A stretch of DNA of 64,000 nt from Octopus sinensis (GCF_006345805.1 NC_043011.1:13094464-13158463); one strand, 5' to 3'; numbered from the stretch's first letter, positions 27,170 to 41,187 are shown. Made by a program: numbers and translations. The notes: generated from the sequence alone by a model not told the origin.

Positions 27170-27605
27170 CCACTGAGGAAGTTTTGATGGGAATATTCCA
27201 CCAGTATTCCTTGAGTTAGTGTTTATGAAAGTAATCCATAACAGAGAGATTTTCTAAATTTATTTCAGGACAGTCTTTTTTGCGGATAGCATTGTAAAGT
27301 GTCTTAGCAACAACACTGTGTCGCATAGGGAGGTCGTACCGTGACGACATTTTAGGACAGTTGCTAATCACATGCTTGATGTCTTTCACAGAGACATGAT
27401 ATAGCCTACACATGCAGTTGCAACTTGGGATTACTAGAGCGTCACTGTCTCTCTCTTGTTCACCAGGTACTTTGTGACAATCTCCTGTTCCTGGATTGCA
27501 AACGCATAACCTTCAAAGTGTGATGTGATATAATGGTATTGTATCCATGAGAGGCTGCGCTTCGTGTCAATTCTACTGTCTTCTTCAAACTTCCGGGTAA
27601 CACAT
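27170..27605 (-). mobile_element. R4/Dong-like (RLE) LINE fragment, CCHC region
   Basis: FAIQEQEIVTKY...CRL..VSVKDIKHVISNCPKMSSRYDLPMRHSVVAK. Confidence 0.8.
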
Positions 27606-27736
27606 AGTCTTTTTTGTATGTATGTATGTATGTATGTATGTATGTATGTATGTATGTATTATGTATGTATGCATGCATGTATGTATGTATGTATGTATGT
27701 ATGTATGTATGTATGTATGTATGTATGTATGTATGT

Positions 27737-28540
27737 GATTATTCAGTTTATTTCAAGATTTCTTGCCAATAGAGAAAGAACTGGTTTCTAACCTCGATCC
27801 ACGGTTCCTTCATTCGAATTTCAACAGCAACAACAGGGTATGTATGTATGTATGTATGTATGTAGTATGTATGTATGTATGTATGTATGTATGTGCAGAT
27901 TTGTATGCTTTATGCATATATTCTCATGCATAGAGTTATATATCTAGACTTGCTCATATATATTTAAATGATAAACTTCTGGAAAGTTTTACAGATTTCT
28001 ACAGTTCCAGCGATGGGTTGGGTCTGTAGCCTTCGAATTAGCTTTCTCCTTTCTTGTTTTGAGAAGCCTAATTGCTCAAGATTGGTATTTAGGCATTGTG
28101 TTACATATTCCAGAGCCTCAATAATTACAGGTATAAACCTGAACTTGTAATTTGGATAGAGTAACTGTAAATTTCTCAATAGTTCAGTGTAGGTATTCTC
28201 TTTTTCCCTGATCGAAGGCTTTATGTTAGCATCTACTGGGCAGCTAATTTCCACAACTGTGCACAGTTTCTCTTCTCTATCCCAAATCATTATATCAGGT
28301 CTGTTGTGCTTACATTTTATTGAGGTCTTCACTGGTGCATACTACCCGCATTCCTTTTTATTATGAGTGGCTATGGCTTCTACCATATTGTGGGTTTTCA
28401 TTTCTTTGTCCTCGGGATTATCCTTCCGACGGATTTCATTATAGAGTGTCTTAGCTACAACGTCATGTCTCATCGATAGATAATACCGTGATGATATTTA
28501 CGGACAACTGCTTATGATGTGGGTAATATCTTCGGTGTGA
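27737..28540 (-). mobile_element. R4/Dong-like LINE 3' end with restriction-like endonuclease and 3' UTR
   Basis: ORF 27964-28332 KHNRPDIMIWDREEKLCTVVEISCP..KE..Y...FIPVII (PD..D/ExK-type RLE). The 3' UTR (27737-27840) matches 52590-52675. Confidence 0.85.
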
Positions 28541-28594
28541 ACTTCACGAAGTCTGCATCATTTGTCACATTTTCGGCTTTTCCGCATCTCTATC

Positions 28595-28633
<39 letters not shown>

Positions 28634-28774
28634 CATGCATGTATATGTGTGTATGTGTGTGTATATATGTATGTATGCATACCTGTGTGTGTGTAATAAT
28701 TCTTTTATTCTTTTACTTGCTTCAGTCATTTGACTGCGGTCATATATGTATATAAATGTGACCGCGTGTGTACC

Positions 28775-28965
28775 GTTGGCGATTTTTTTCCTCCGTCTAC
28801 CCTTCTCTGGATCTTTCCTTTTCCTATGTTTCTGATGAAGAGCTCCGCTCGAAATATTAAACCCTCCTTCTTCCTTTCCTTCCTTGAGCGTCCAATAATA
28901 CTATATTTGTTCCACGTCCTCGCGATGTTGTGTTTTCTCTTTGTGTTTTCATGTTTGGATTAGCT
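28775..28965 (+). mobile_element. PLE pseudo-LTR-like repeat with decayed minimal hammerhead
   Basis: tgtttCTGATGAAGAGCtccGCTCGAAAtattaaac; homologous to 9372-9530. Confidence 0.55.
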
Positions 28966-28967
28966 CT

Positions 28968-29072
<105 letters not shown>

Positions 29073-29596
29073 AGAGAGAGAGAGAGAGAGAGAGAGAGTG
29101 AGTGAGTGAGTGAGTGAGTGAGAGAGAGAGAGAATACAGCTTAGTATGCCGTTGAGGCGGGAAATTTTCACAATAGTATGCCTTTATTTTATTTTTTCTA
29201 TTTTTGTTCCATGTAAGACCATCTCTTCTCTGGACAAATTTCAGCATTATTTGAAGAAATTCACAATGTATCGATAAGCTAAGTTTTTGTTTTGCGATTT
29301 TCTAAATAGATGTAAAGATTTTTCTTAGTTCGCTGCTGATGCTTTGTGAGGGTCCTTCGACTCGGTCACCCTAATGAAATTCTTTTACATACATGCATGT
29401 ACACACTGACACGCGCTCACACACACACATACTCACGCACGCACGCGCACACACATACACACATACACATTCACACACGCGCACTCAGTGGAGCAGTATA
29501 CATTATTGAGACCGAGAGAGAGTGTAGTAAATATGTATATATAGGGAGAGAGAAATTTATTTAAAAAATGTAACTGAAAGAGATAGACAGACAGAG

Positions 29597-30110
29597 AGAT
29601 CTTTTCTGTTGCTGTCAAAGAGTTTGAAATTTTTAAATTAAATGAAATTTTTCAAATTTGGTATACTGATGTACTTAGTGGATCTTTACTTTTTGACCTA
29701 CAGATTTAAAAGATAATTTTTTGTAACTAAACACTTTCAATCTTCGGACACTGGTAGAATGTGTCATATAAAACATATTTTACCCTTAGCATTTTTGGGA
29801 AAAACTTATATTTACGAAGTTATTGCTCGTTAAAGTTCTCGTATTTCGGTAATTTCAACCAATCAATAACGTGTATTCACTGAATAAAATTACTGCCGTT
29901 GTTTGTCAGCAACAACTATCGGTGGTGTATTTTTCGTTTGTCACTGTTATTTATGACATCGTTCGTGCGTTTGTACTGGTACTTATTTACGTTGAATCCG
30001 ATTTTGTGATTCATTTATTCCAGAAAAATTTTAGAAAAATGCAGAGGTTTAAAGTTTGATGATTTGTATCCAATCAGAAAACAAGATTTGGAAGCTAGCA
30101 TTTTCTACAT
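29597..30110. mobile_element. Nested diverged MITEs with GGATCTTT-type ends
   Basis: The outer part matches 14497-14700. The inner part (from 29680 ggatctttactttttgacc) shares the taactaaacactttcaatcttcggacactggtagaatgtgt block with the Merlin-like MITE and with 24031-24186. Confidence 0.5.
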
Positions 30111-30751
30111 GATAACTGTCAATCATAAAACGAAAGTGAACGTTAGAATTAGCAAAATCAAGGAAATTACATGTCATATCAAGAAAGAGAAGAGGAGCAA
30201 TATGCGTGAGAGACATACATATACAGACAGAGAGGGGTAAAGAAAGTGGTAAACATATAGAGAGAGGGGAAAGGCGTAAAAGGGAGAGCCTGATGGAGAC
30301 AAATAAAGAGTGGGGGATTTGTCGATCTAGAAGTGGAGTTATTTCTCGTAGCAAGTTAAATTTTTGATTAATTACAACCTTGTCGTTGAGATGCAAATTT
30401 CGAAAATCAAAGCCGTTTTTCTTGAGGATGCACCATTTCAGAGCCTTTCCGTGACATACACACATACATACGTTCATTTGTATAGTAGATGTGTGTGTAT
30501 GCTCGCATGCGTATGTATGTCTACCTCAAGGGAGAGGACGAGTTACGCAGCAAGAACAGCTCTGGGGATGGCAGAAACGCCTAGCAGCATTTCGTCTATC
30601 TTCACGTTTTGAGTTCAAATGCCACCGAGGTGTACTTTGCCTTCCGTCCTTTCAGAATCGATAAAATACCAATCGAGCACTGAGGTTGATGTGATCGAAC
30701 TACCCTACCTCCTAAATTATTGGCCTTGTTCCTAAATTTGAAACTAATATC

Positions 30752-30985
30752 TATTTCTTTACTACCCACAAGGGGCTAAACACAGAGAGGACAAACAAGG
30801 ACAGACAAACGGATTAAGTCGATTATATCGACCCCAGTGCGTAACTGGTACTTAATTTATCGACCCCGAAAGGATGAAAGGCAAAGTCGACCTCGGCGGA
30901 ATTTGAACTCAGAACGTGGCGGCAGACGAAATACTGGTGAGCATTTCGCCCAGCGTGCTAACGTTTCTGCCAGCTCGCCGCCGTC
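30752..30985 (-). mobile_element. SINE family B inserted into an older SINE-B-like copy (30560-30751)
   Basis: 18-bp TSD aaatttgaaactaatatc at 30734-30751 and 30990-31007. Confidence 0.9.
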
Positions 30986-31247
30986 AAAAAAATTTGAAAC
31001 TAATATCAATTATCGAATGCGGTGGACAGGTAGAATCGCTATTTAACTTAGACCTTTGGCGTTCTGAGTTAAATTTCCACCGAGGTCGATTTTGCCTTTC
31101 ATTTTTTTTTTTCACGAAGCGGGTTGTTCGTTGTTCAATATCATGTTACGTGTTCGATGAGTAGGAATGGATAAGAGAGGCAATCTTGAAAATTAACATT
31201 GAGCCTTTATTATTTCGTATTGTATTGGCTTCATGCACTAGTTAAGC

Positions 31248-31448
31248 CAGTGGTTTTCAACCAGGGTTCCGCCAGTACAGTCCAGGGGTTCCGCAAGAAG
31301 TTACAAAACTGCTAAAATCGGCAGTAATTTTAAATTCTCCTGTGCAGATATGTGTGCATAAGACTATTAAATTATTGCACAGGGGTTCCTCGAGCCAGTG
31401 GAATGTTTCTTTGGGGTTCCGCTCCAGCAAAAAGTTTGAAAAGCACTG
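31248..31448. mobile_element. hAT MITE
   Basis: TIR CAGTGGTTTTCAA/TTGAAAAGCACTG; perfect 8-bp TSD agttaagc. Confidence 0.9.
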
Positions 31449-31513
31449 AGTTAAGCAATAACGTCGCAGACACCCACCACTAAAATTTCTGGAGCTGTAC
31501 CAAAATTGGAAAC

Positions 31514-31547
<34 letters not shown>

Positions 31548-32371
31548 ATTGCTGTTGTTGTTGTTGTTGTTGAGTGCCATATTAATTAGACGCGTAAGTA
31601 TCGGCAAACTTGAGCTAATCTTTAGAAATTATATTGCATTTAACAAAATTCTTATAAGCAAATCCACGCGTTCAGCAAATAGTGCGTCTCCCTATCTCAA
31701 ATCGCTATCTTTCTATCTCTGTGTCTCTCCTTCCCTCTTTCTGTCTCTCTCTCCCTCTTTCTCTTCCCTCTCATTCACTCTCTCGCTCGACCTCACTTTC
31801 ACTCCCCCTTTCTCTATTATTACAGTTTGGGCGGCAGATGGGGTTTGAGACAATAGCGAAAAGGAAAGCATTAAAATTCTTCATTGTTTCTCTATCGCGA
31901 AGATGAATCGAAAGAACTCAAATCATCTATTAATTACGCTAATTCTAATAATAACTTGCATTGTTATCAATACTGTTATTAATTATGTGTTTAATTAGTT
32001 CCATATTTAGTATAGCGTTTAATAATAAAGTTAACAAAATTCCTCCAAGTAAGAAAACGGGGTGGACACCCGTGGCCTATAGGCTATTTGGCGATTCTCA
32101 AAACGGGCGAGGTTTTGTACTCTTGAGCGAGACACTTCAGTTCATGTGCCTCTGTACACTTAGGTGAAATTAGTACCAACGGTACCAGATACTTAATTTT
32201 TGGCGTCCCATTCGAAGCAAAGCCATGTAATTACCTTCAAAATCCAAACTAGTTTCTGGTTTCATAAGCTCGTCAGCTCAAGTCAAACAGTAAACCGTGC
32301 CCCGGTTATCTCTATCGCTATAACTGTTTCTCTCTTTAGATCGCTATTTCTCTCTTCCCACATTTCTCCTA

Positions 32372-32830
<459 letters not shown>

Positions 32831-33167
32831 TCCTCTACTCGCCCCGCACAGAGATTTACAGATATATAGATTTGGTCGTAGATAATAGTGGGAGAGGAAC
32901 GCTTTATAATTTCTCATTATCTTTCTGTAACAAAAATAAACCAAAAGGGCTCAAATCAGATAAAGTAGTTAAGCTAATAATTACTGGCTTTCATGTTATT
33001 AATATTTTTAATTATCACATTTAATTAGTTCCATATATCGTATTTATTATTGCCAATTCACTCAACCTCTCTCCTTCAATCTCTTTCTCCCTCCCTCCCC
33101 CCCCCCTCTCTCTCTCTCACCCACTCTGTCTCTCTCTCTCTCTCACCCACTCTTTCTCTCTCTCTCT

Positions 33168-33210
<43 letters not shown>

Positions 33211-33555
33211 GGGCATACTGGCACAGATATACTTGCCACACATGTTAAGCTAATCATTACAATTAACGTTGCTGCTACGATTGTTAATAATCATCGGAAA
33301 ATTATAAATTGGCAGAATCGTTAGACGCCAGAAAAACAATTTTCTCTGTCTGTTCCGGGTTTTTATTCTGAGTTCAAATCCCGCTGAGATCAATTTTCAT
33401 TTCATTTCTGCTTGGTCGATAAAATCAAGTATTACTTAGCTACTGGAAACAATAAAATCGAGTGTTCCCCAAAATTCCAGGTCGTTTGTCTAAGTTGCAT
33501 ATTTAGCAGTATCGCCGATAATTTTCTAGATACTGAATAGTATTTAATAATATTC

Positions 33556-33987
33556 GGATCTTTTCGGTTTGACCAGCAGTTTTTTAAAATAATTTCCACG
33601 TAACTAAACACTTTTAAACTTCGTATATTGGTAGAATGTGTTTATAAAACATCTTTTTCTCTTGGCTTTATTGAGAAAATTCTATGGTTTGTAAGATATT
33701 TGGTGTTGTTTTTCTTCAATTTCTGCAATTTCAACCAATCAATAACGTCTATTGAGGTAAAAAACATTCTGTGCCATATGAATATTCCCTCGTTTAAGAA
33801 ACAGATTGGGTTTATTTACATTTCTGAAGAAAAAATATACCCTTCCCCCCACCCCTAATCCTAACCCCAACTAACCCTAACCCTAAAACAGATTGAAATG
33901 CAATAGATCGATACTAGGGTCATAATTATGGGTGACAATTTCATATGACACCACTAGAAAAAACTGCCGTTCAAACCGAAAAGATCC
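33556..33987. mobile_element. Merlin-like MITE
   Basis: Same TIRs; perfect 8-bp TSD taatattc. Confidence 0.9.
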
Positions 33988-34149
33988 TAATATTCTTTTA
34001 AGCTGGTAATGCGTCCGATCTTTAGTATAGAATACTCTTCTTTTCATCTGTAGAGAAGTGACATTAAAAAATAATCCAACCACCGCTGGAAAGCTTTTCT
34101 ACCTGTCGGGTTTACTATTGATAGCTAACGTGATAAAAGTTAGGGCTGG

Positions 34150-34650
34150 AGAGATTGTAAAGCTGCTGTCAGTCGTTCTTCAGTGGAAACCATTAACCGT
34201 GTGTTGTGTACAAGAAGTATGATGGAAGTGAGCCTCACAAACAAGGAATATAGCAGAAGTTTAGAAAGCTATTACTTCTGCTGACAATGAAGAGATTCTT
34301 TCGCCGAGTGAATGTTCGAAGTGTGATGCTGCGTAGTAGTGATACATAGACATTAAATGTGAATGACGTGTGAATTTCTGGAAAGAAATTCGGTGAGCAT
34401 GTTCTGATGATGTATAATGCTAGAATACATGCAGGACGGAGCGCAAATAGGTTAAAGGAAAACTAGATGTAGTGTGCAAGAGAGGAAACTACGCTGATAA
34501 GGAGATGGGATAGGTATGTAGGATGATAGTTGGGTAAACAAGTTCGAAACAATCCCAGTTGAAGGAACATGTGAAAGAAGTAAACCGAAGTCAAAGATGG
34601 CGTAAGATGCTAAACCTCGAGATGTCGAATGACCAGGACAAGTGGTGAGT
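34150..34650 (+). mobile_element. Old, heavily deleted RTE LINE remnant
   Basis: VCCVQEV (APE N-terminus-like) and VRSVMLRSSDT.TL...VQERKLR...VEGTCER (RT C-terminus-like). Confidence 0.6.
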
Positions 34651-35371
34651 CGCAGTGTTAATAAAGCAGCCTGTTAAATTCAAGTACGCAAAGAGAAACA
34701 GAGCTAAAATCGAGGAGGAGGAGGAAGAAGAAGAAAACGAAGAAGAAGAAGAAGAAGAAGAAGAAGAAGAAGAAGAAAACGAAGAAGAAGAAGAAGAGGC
34801 GGAGGAGGAGGAGGGGGGATGAAAGGCGGAGGAGGGGTAAAAGGAGGAGGAGGAGGAGGACATGAAAGGAGGAGGAGAAGGAGGAGGATTCGGTCTTCAA
34901 TATTTTCCTAACAAATATATGCTGTAGGTCTGATCCTTTTAATTTGATCCATTTAATTACATTTTCGATTATGTTCATAACGCCGATATCCATCTATTGT
35001 TAAGGCAAATTGGGGGAAAGAGTTTAAATTGATTTTGTATTTGGCTCTAAAATAGTAAGTATTCTGTGTGCCTATGGTTTTAAATATGGTTTTAAATATG
35101 CATCCTTGGTGGCCTTAACAGTTGTTAACTTTGCTCTATACGCAGCTCAATTTGTGAGGCGGTTGCATTTGAGAAGCGTTTACGCAGCAGCTTCTAACAG
35201 TTACGATATTTCTTCTAAATTGATTTACAGTTGTATTTGAATATTTGAGATGCGCTAGCATACCTAACTTTGACATTGTTCTCGTTGAAGAGCTTATATC
35301 AATGTATTGTGGGAAAATTTTAACTTAAAGAGAATTAAAAGCGATGGCTATAGTAGTTTCTGTACATATAT

Positions 35372-35542
35372 AGGCGTAGGAGTGGCTGTGTGGTAAGTAG
35401 CTTGCTTAACAACCACATGGTTCCGGGTTCCGTCCCACTGCATGGCACCTTGGGCAAGTGTCTTCTACTATAGCCTCGAGCCGACCAAAGCCTTGTGAGT
35501 GGATTTGGTAGACGGAAACTGAAAGAAGCCAGTTGTATATAT

Positions 35543-35584
<42 letters not shown>

Positions 35585-35823
35585 GTGTGTGTGTGTGTGT
35601 CGTGTGTGTGTTTGTGTGTGTCCGTGTTTGTCCCCCTAGCATTGCTTGACAACCGATGCTGGTGTGTTTAAGTCCCCGTAACTTAGCGGTTTGGCAAAAG
35701 AGACCGATAGAATAAGTACTTGGCTTACAAAGAATAAGTCCTGGAGTCGATTTGCTCGACTGAAGGCGGTGCTCCAGCATGGCCGCAGTCAAATGACTGA
35801 AACAAGTAAAAGAGTAAAAGAGA
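35372..35823 (+). mobile_element. SINE family A, full length
   Basis: Family match, CpGs largely intact. Confidence 0.9.
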
Positions 35824-36394
35824 TATGTTGTAAAGGATTATAATTATTTTCCTGTTTAATTTGCTTAGTGGGATTTTCTGCATATTTGATTAAACATTTT
35901 CCTCTCGGCGGACCAGTAAGAATCAGTCATGGGCAAACTGCGGACCGTCTGAGGATGAGCTGTATCTCATGCGGCCCACTTCTCGAAAATGTTACCCATT
36001 CCTGGGTTAGATATTTTACTTTACATTGCTTACTAGGAACTTCATGGTTGTGGGTGTTATTCTTTTATTTTTCATTGGTTTCAACTAGAGGTTTTGCCCT
36101 GCTGAGGCATGCTATATTTTCATTTTACTTTCTTCAGAAGTGTGCTTGCTTGTAGTTACGTCAGTTATGATGTCTAAAGTTGTGACAATTCAAAGGTTAT
36201 GAAATTACATTTTAAAACTATCTACTTAGATCTTTCATAAATCAGCTCATAATATGACCATTCGTGCTGTGGGAGACTGTTAGTGGAGTGTTTTTTTTCT
36301 TTTTCTAAGTATTTAGGGTGTAAATATACTTTAGTTTGCAATCTTTCGGGTCATCGAATACATACATACATACATACATACATACATACATACA

Positions 36395-36426
<32 letters not shown>

Positions 36427-36499
36427 CATGTATGCATATATTTATATGCACCAAGCAACCGACAAGAAAGCACAAGGTAAAAACAAATGCACAAACACA

Positions 36500-36755
36500 A
36501 AAAGCAACATAGTCCCAGAAAAACCGAACATTTGTTTGACTAGATGCATAAAGATATTAGGATGTGTATCAAAACCAATGAGGCTGCAGAAGTGATTGCA
36601 TGTCAGGAACAGGTAATTCTCTTTCATGCTGCCCACGCTGCCCATACCGCCCACAACAATAGACTCCTCACAGCAAGTCTTTGGAACCTAATAAGCCACC
36701 AGTTTGCTCCTCCCAACCACGTTCCAGAAGTAGCAGTCCAGGTGGCTCAATCGAA
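36500..36755 (-). mobile_element. Possible Tc1/mariner transposase C-terminal remnant
   Basis: LSHLDCYFWNVVGR resembles the LNPLDYYVWxVVER motif after the third catalytic D; otherwise very degenerate. Confidence 0.35.
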
Positions 36756-36799
36756 CATACACTCACACACAAAAGTTTGTATGTGTATATATATTATAT

Positions 36800-36846
<47 letters not shown>

Positions 36847-36867
36847 TATATATATATACATATATAT

Positions 36868-37050
36868 AAGAAATTAAAAAAGGAAAATACGCACAATTAC
36901 ATAGTTTTAATATATCGACCGGTTTCGCTATCGCTATTCATGATATTATGTTTTACTTATTTGAATATATAGTGATAGCGAAACCGGTCGATATGTTAAA
37001 AATTATATTAAAACTATGTAAGTGTGCGTATTTTCCTTTTTTAATTTCTT
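36868..37050. repeat. Fold-back inverted repeat
   Basis: aagaaattaaaaaaggaaaatacgcac..acatagttttaatat and atatcgaccggtttcgctatc each recur as reverse complements. Confidence 0.9.
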
Positions 37051-37121
37051 ATATACATTACAACCCACCACGTGGGGATAATCGAAATTCCTCTTTTCTG
37101 TTTTATATATATATATATATA

Positions 37122-37262
37122 CGAGGGGGTACCAAGAAGAAACCAGAATTTTGCAACATTATTTTATTCACTTAGTTTTTACACGTTTACACTTTTATTG
37201 TCTTCAAAGTATTCTCCATTTGAAGCAATGATTTGGTCCAGACGAGTTTTCTACTGTTCGAA
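37122..37262 (-). mobile_element. mariner 3' end
   Basis: TA|CGAGGGGGTACC terminus; the minus strand encodes ..IASNGEYFE, a typical mariner transposase end. Confidence 0.65.
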
Positions 37263-37490
37263 CACAAACAATTTCCTGTCAAGCTAGCTTTTGCCTTGAC
37301 ATGCAACAAGGCACAGGGACAAACTTTTGAACAAATTGGAACATATCTTCCGACACAATTCTTCTCACATGGTCAGCTGTATGCTGCATTATCTAGTGTT
37401 CGAAAGAAGGCTAATGTAAAAATATTGGCTGAGAGAAATGGAAACAGTAACATTACTGACAATTGTGTCCACAAGGAGATGCTACTTTAA
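37263..37490 (+). mobile_element. Helitron PIF1-like helicase C-terminal fragment
   Basis: QFPVKLAFALTCNKAQGQTF..IGTYL..QFFSHGQLYAALSSV (helicase motifs V/VI). Confidence 0.9.
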
Positions 37491-37698
37491 AGCAAAATAT
37501 GCTTTCTAGCAAGTTTCAGTAAATAAAATTAACACACAAATTATATATAAAGTAACATATTTGTGTGGAATTAAAATTGTTTTGGTATATTTCAACACTT
37601 GCCGAATCAATGATATCGTTATATTAGATCATTGTAAATTTCGGTATATTTGGAAAAGTAAGGAAACGTCATTCCCATGTGTTCTCACAGCACCAGAC

Positions 37699-37792
<94 letters not shown>

Positions 37793-38236
37793 GCGTGTGT
37801 GTCCCTCCATCCATCTATCTATCTATCGATCTATCTATTTATCTATCTATCCATCTATGCACACCTATGTAATTTCTACTAATTATTAATGATATATATA
37901 ACAGGTTGACTCTTTAAAAAAGTGAGAGATGACTGTGGTAAAATAATGAAAGCAATACTTACTAAGCAAGTGAGCACTATTATACAAAGGAATAATTAGA
38001 CATAAAATATCATAAAATTATAAGAATTGGAAATCAAATATGGAAATATTATTGAGTGGCTAGCAGAAAAACCGCTGTATGAAAAGATAGAGACAGCCAC
38101 AGCATTTTGGGCATTTTATATATCAAAGGAGAACACAAAACAGGGAAGATTTCCAATGTTGGTAAGGAGGGCGTATTGGAGGTAGAGGCACAATTGGTGG
38201 TGAGGGTGGAAGTGGGTGGGTGTGTCATGAGTTAGC

Positions 38237-38460
38237 AAGGCAGCAAGCTGGCAGAAACATTAGCACGCCGGGCAAAATGTGTAGCCGTATTTCGTCAGCC
38301 ATTACATTCTGAGTTCAAATTCCGCCGAGGTCGACTTTGCCTTTCATCCTTTCAGGGTCGATAAATTAAGTACCAGTTACGCACTGGGGGGGGTCGATGT
38401 AATCGACTTAATCTGTTTGTCTGACCTTGTTTGTCCCCTCTGTGTGTAGCTCCTTGTGTG
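38237..38460 (+). mobile_element. SINE family B, CpG-decayed
   Basis: Family match with CG>CA/TG changes (gcagcaag, acattag, gcaaaat). Confidence 0.85.
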
Positions 38461-39060
38461 TATCATGAGTTAGCAAGCTTCAAACTGTCATGCGAGAGGG
38501 AATACATACATACATACACGACCAACTGACTTGCACATTACCAATAACAATTTGTAAGCAGAATAGTAAAAATGTGCAAGACTTTTCTCAAGTTTAAAAT
38601 GTGACATTGTGTTATCTACATTCCAGCAACGGAACTTTGTATCTTTTGTTAGAAAGCAGCTCCTTCTTAAAAGAAAGAGTTTGAATAATTAAAAATGGAA
38701 AAGTACACACACACACCACACACACACATATACATACATTAAATTTTATCAAAATTTCATATTCATGCTTCAAACACCAGCTTAACAATATAAAAACCAT
38801 TTTACTAAATTCATCATTATTTTCAAGCTGAATTGAAATAAAGACAATGTATTTCAACAGAAATTTGGTAACAAAAGAGTTAATAAATTATTAGCTTCTT
38901 AACAAAATTTTGTAGCATGGAATTACCATTAAGCCATTTAATCATTGTTGATGTGTTTTGCAATAATGGTAGTGTTCTTGTCATTTTCCATATAGCAATA
39001 AGTCTATCATTTTCCTGATAACCCTTGCATCAGTTTTGGTCAAACTAAGTCAGATATAAA

Positions 39061-39467
39061 CTCTTTTACTCTTTTACTTGTTTCAGTCATTTGACTGCGG
39101 CCATGCTGGAGCACCGCCTTTTAGTCAAGTAAATCGACCCCAGAACTTATTCTTTGTAAGCATAGTACTTATTCTATCAGTCTCTTTTGCTGAACCGCTA
39201 AGTTACGGGGACGTGAACACACCACCATCGGTTGTCAAGTAATGGTGGGGGGACAAACACAGACACACAAACATATACACACACATATATATATACATAT
39301 ATACGACGGGCTTCTTTCAGTTTCCGTCTACCAAATCCACTCACAAGGCTTTGGTCGGTATGAGGCTATAGTAGAAGACACTTGCCCAAGATGCCACGCA
39401 GTGGGACGGAACCCGGAACCATGTGGTTGGTAAGCAACCTACTTACCACACAGCCACTCCTGCACCT
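39061..39467 (-). mobile_element. SINE family A
   Basis: Family match. Confidence 0.9.
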
Positions 39468-40288
39468 ATAAAGTGTGCTTTTGAAATATTCTTATGAACC
39501 TTCAAGAGAAAAAAATGCTTGTTTTGGTGATAATGGTTTTGTTTTGTCAGTTATTTGAGATTTAAAGTAATCTTTAGGTCTTGTTTATTCATCTTTTATT
39601 TATTAATTTTTCTTTTTTTTTTGTTTGTGTTAGTGTTAAATTTCTTATATATTTATTTGTAATTAAGTTAATTATAAAGGCTGTGTTGATGTCCACTTAA
39701 TGGAGATTTTGTTTAATCTAGTTGGACATGTATATAATCTGAATTTTTGATTACCAGTATTTTGATACTTAATTTTATGTGGAAGATATTAACATTCCTA
39801 CATTTAAAGATTTTCATCACACAAAATAGTTGAACTTTAAATAGTTCTAACAGCTTTGAGGGAGAGGAACTTCATTTCTAATCCAAATTTACATTTATCA
39901 TTTTGTTTATCTTGTCTGTCATAAAAATAAGCTTGCCGCCTGAACCTTTTACTTATATGAATAATGATCTTGATAGAAAACATTTTATAGAGACTTTCCC
40001 TGGGTGGTATGGTGATAATTTTTAAGAATGTACTGATTTCTTGTTTCAAATAATTCAATGGTGATTACAAGAGGAGCCTAAATTATATTATCCTGTTCTT
40101 TAGAACTGTTGTAACATTACACCAAATTACAAAACTCAACACTATTATAATGGCAAAATAGAAAAAATTTTACACACAGATTTACTTATATTAGCAGGTA
40201 TATAAAGAAGTAAGCAGATGGGGGGAGGTTTTATTTATAATTATTTGAAGGAATTAAAACTTCCATAAAGTATCCAGAAGCATTCAGT

Positions 40289-40870
40289 TATAATCATCAT
40301 CATTGTTCAACCATGGTCGAGACAATGGAATTTACCATGCTACGCCAGACTTCATGGTCCATGATAGCATTATGGAGGTCCTGTTGCTGGATGCCTGTAT
40401 CCCTGGAGATTACATCAGGGTAGGAGAGGGTGCGCCCACTGGTATCGCGAGCAGATGGCTTCCAGAGGAGAAGAGTAGAAATTGCCTTGTTTTCAGCTCT
40501 GGACTCTTCTACCTTTCATAAGAGATGACACAGGTGGTAGTTTCCCATATATTTGCATTTTGGTTGGATGACGCTTCCACGAGAGATTTTGAGCTCTCAT
40601 AAGGAGGCGAGTGTAGGTTCCATCCAACCGCCTTTCAAGCTTCTTTGATAACGTCCAGGTTTCTGAGCCATATAGTAGAATTGGTTCGACTGTGGCTTTG
40701 AAGATTTTAAGTTTGAAGTCTCTACTTAGAATTGATGACCAGATCTTATGCATATCATTACAGGCTGACCAGGCCATACCCTTTCTAGTTAGAAAATCTT
40801 TTCCAGATGATGATATGTATGACCCAAGATATTTGTAATCAGAAACCATATTTAAGGGCGCATTGTTGAG
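40289..40870 (-). mobile_element. RTE LINE 3' fragment
   Basis: DYKYLGSYI...KLKIFKATVEPILLYGSETWTLSKKLERRLDGTYTRLL; ends in a (TGA)n tail. Confidence 0.9.
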
Positions 40871-41187
40871 AGTATGAATGATGCAATCAGTTATAATCAA
40901 GGTTAAGGTTAACTGCATCAAGTTGGAAGGAGCACCTAAGCTTACTTTAGGTAAGCAATTCCAATGTATTTCATCTGATGGGTAAATCTTGGGTTCACTT
41001 CACTGGATTATAAACATTTTACCAAGTCTATATCGAAGACAGCTACAATGAATATGTAGGATGAGATGTTGGCACTGGTTGGGTGCCTCACATTTCCTTA
41101 CATAGTTGTAGAAAGGAACAAAAATAGAGGGAACAAGAATCTCTGAACAAATAACAATAATAATTTATTGTCGCTGAAATAAGCATT

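Noticed and set aside
35945-35990. CTGAGGA-tgag..ctca as a hammerhead
   Set aside because: GAAA does not follow stem II.
38020-38166. Plus-strand exon ...FPML|gtaagg
   Set aside because: There is a good donor but no acceptor or polypyrimidine tract, and no partner exons.
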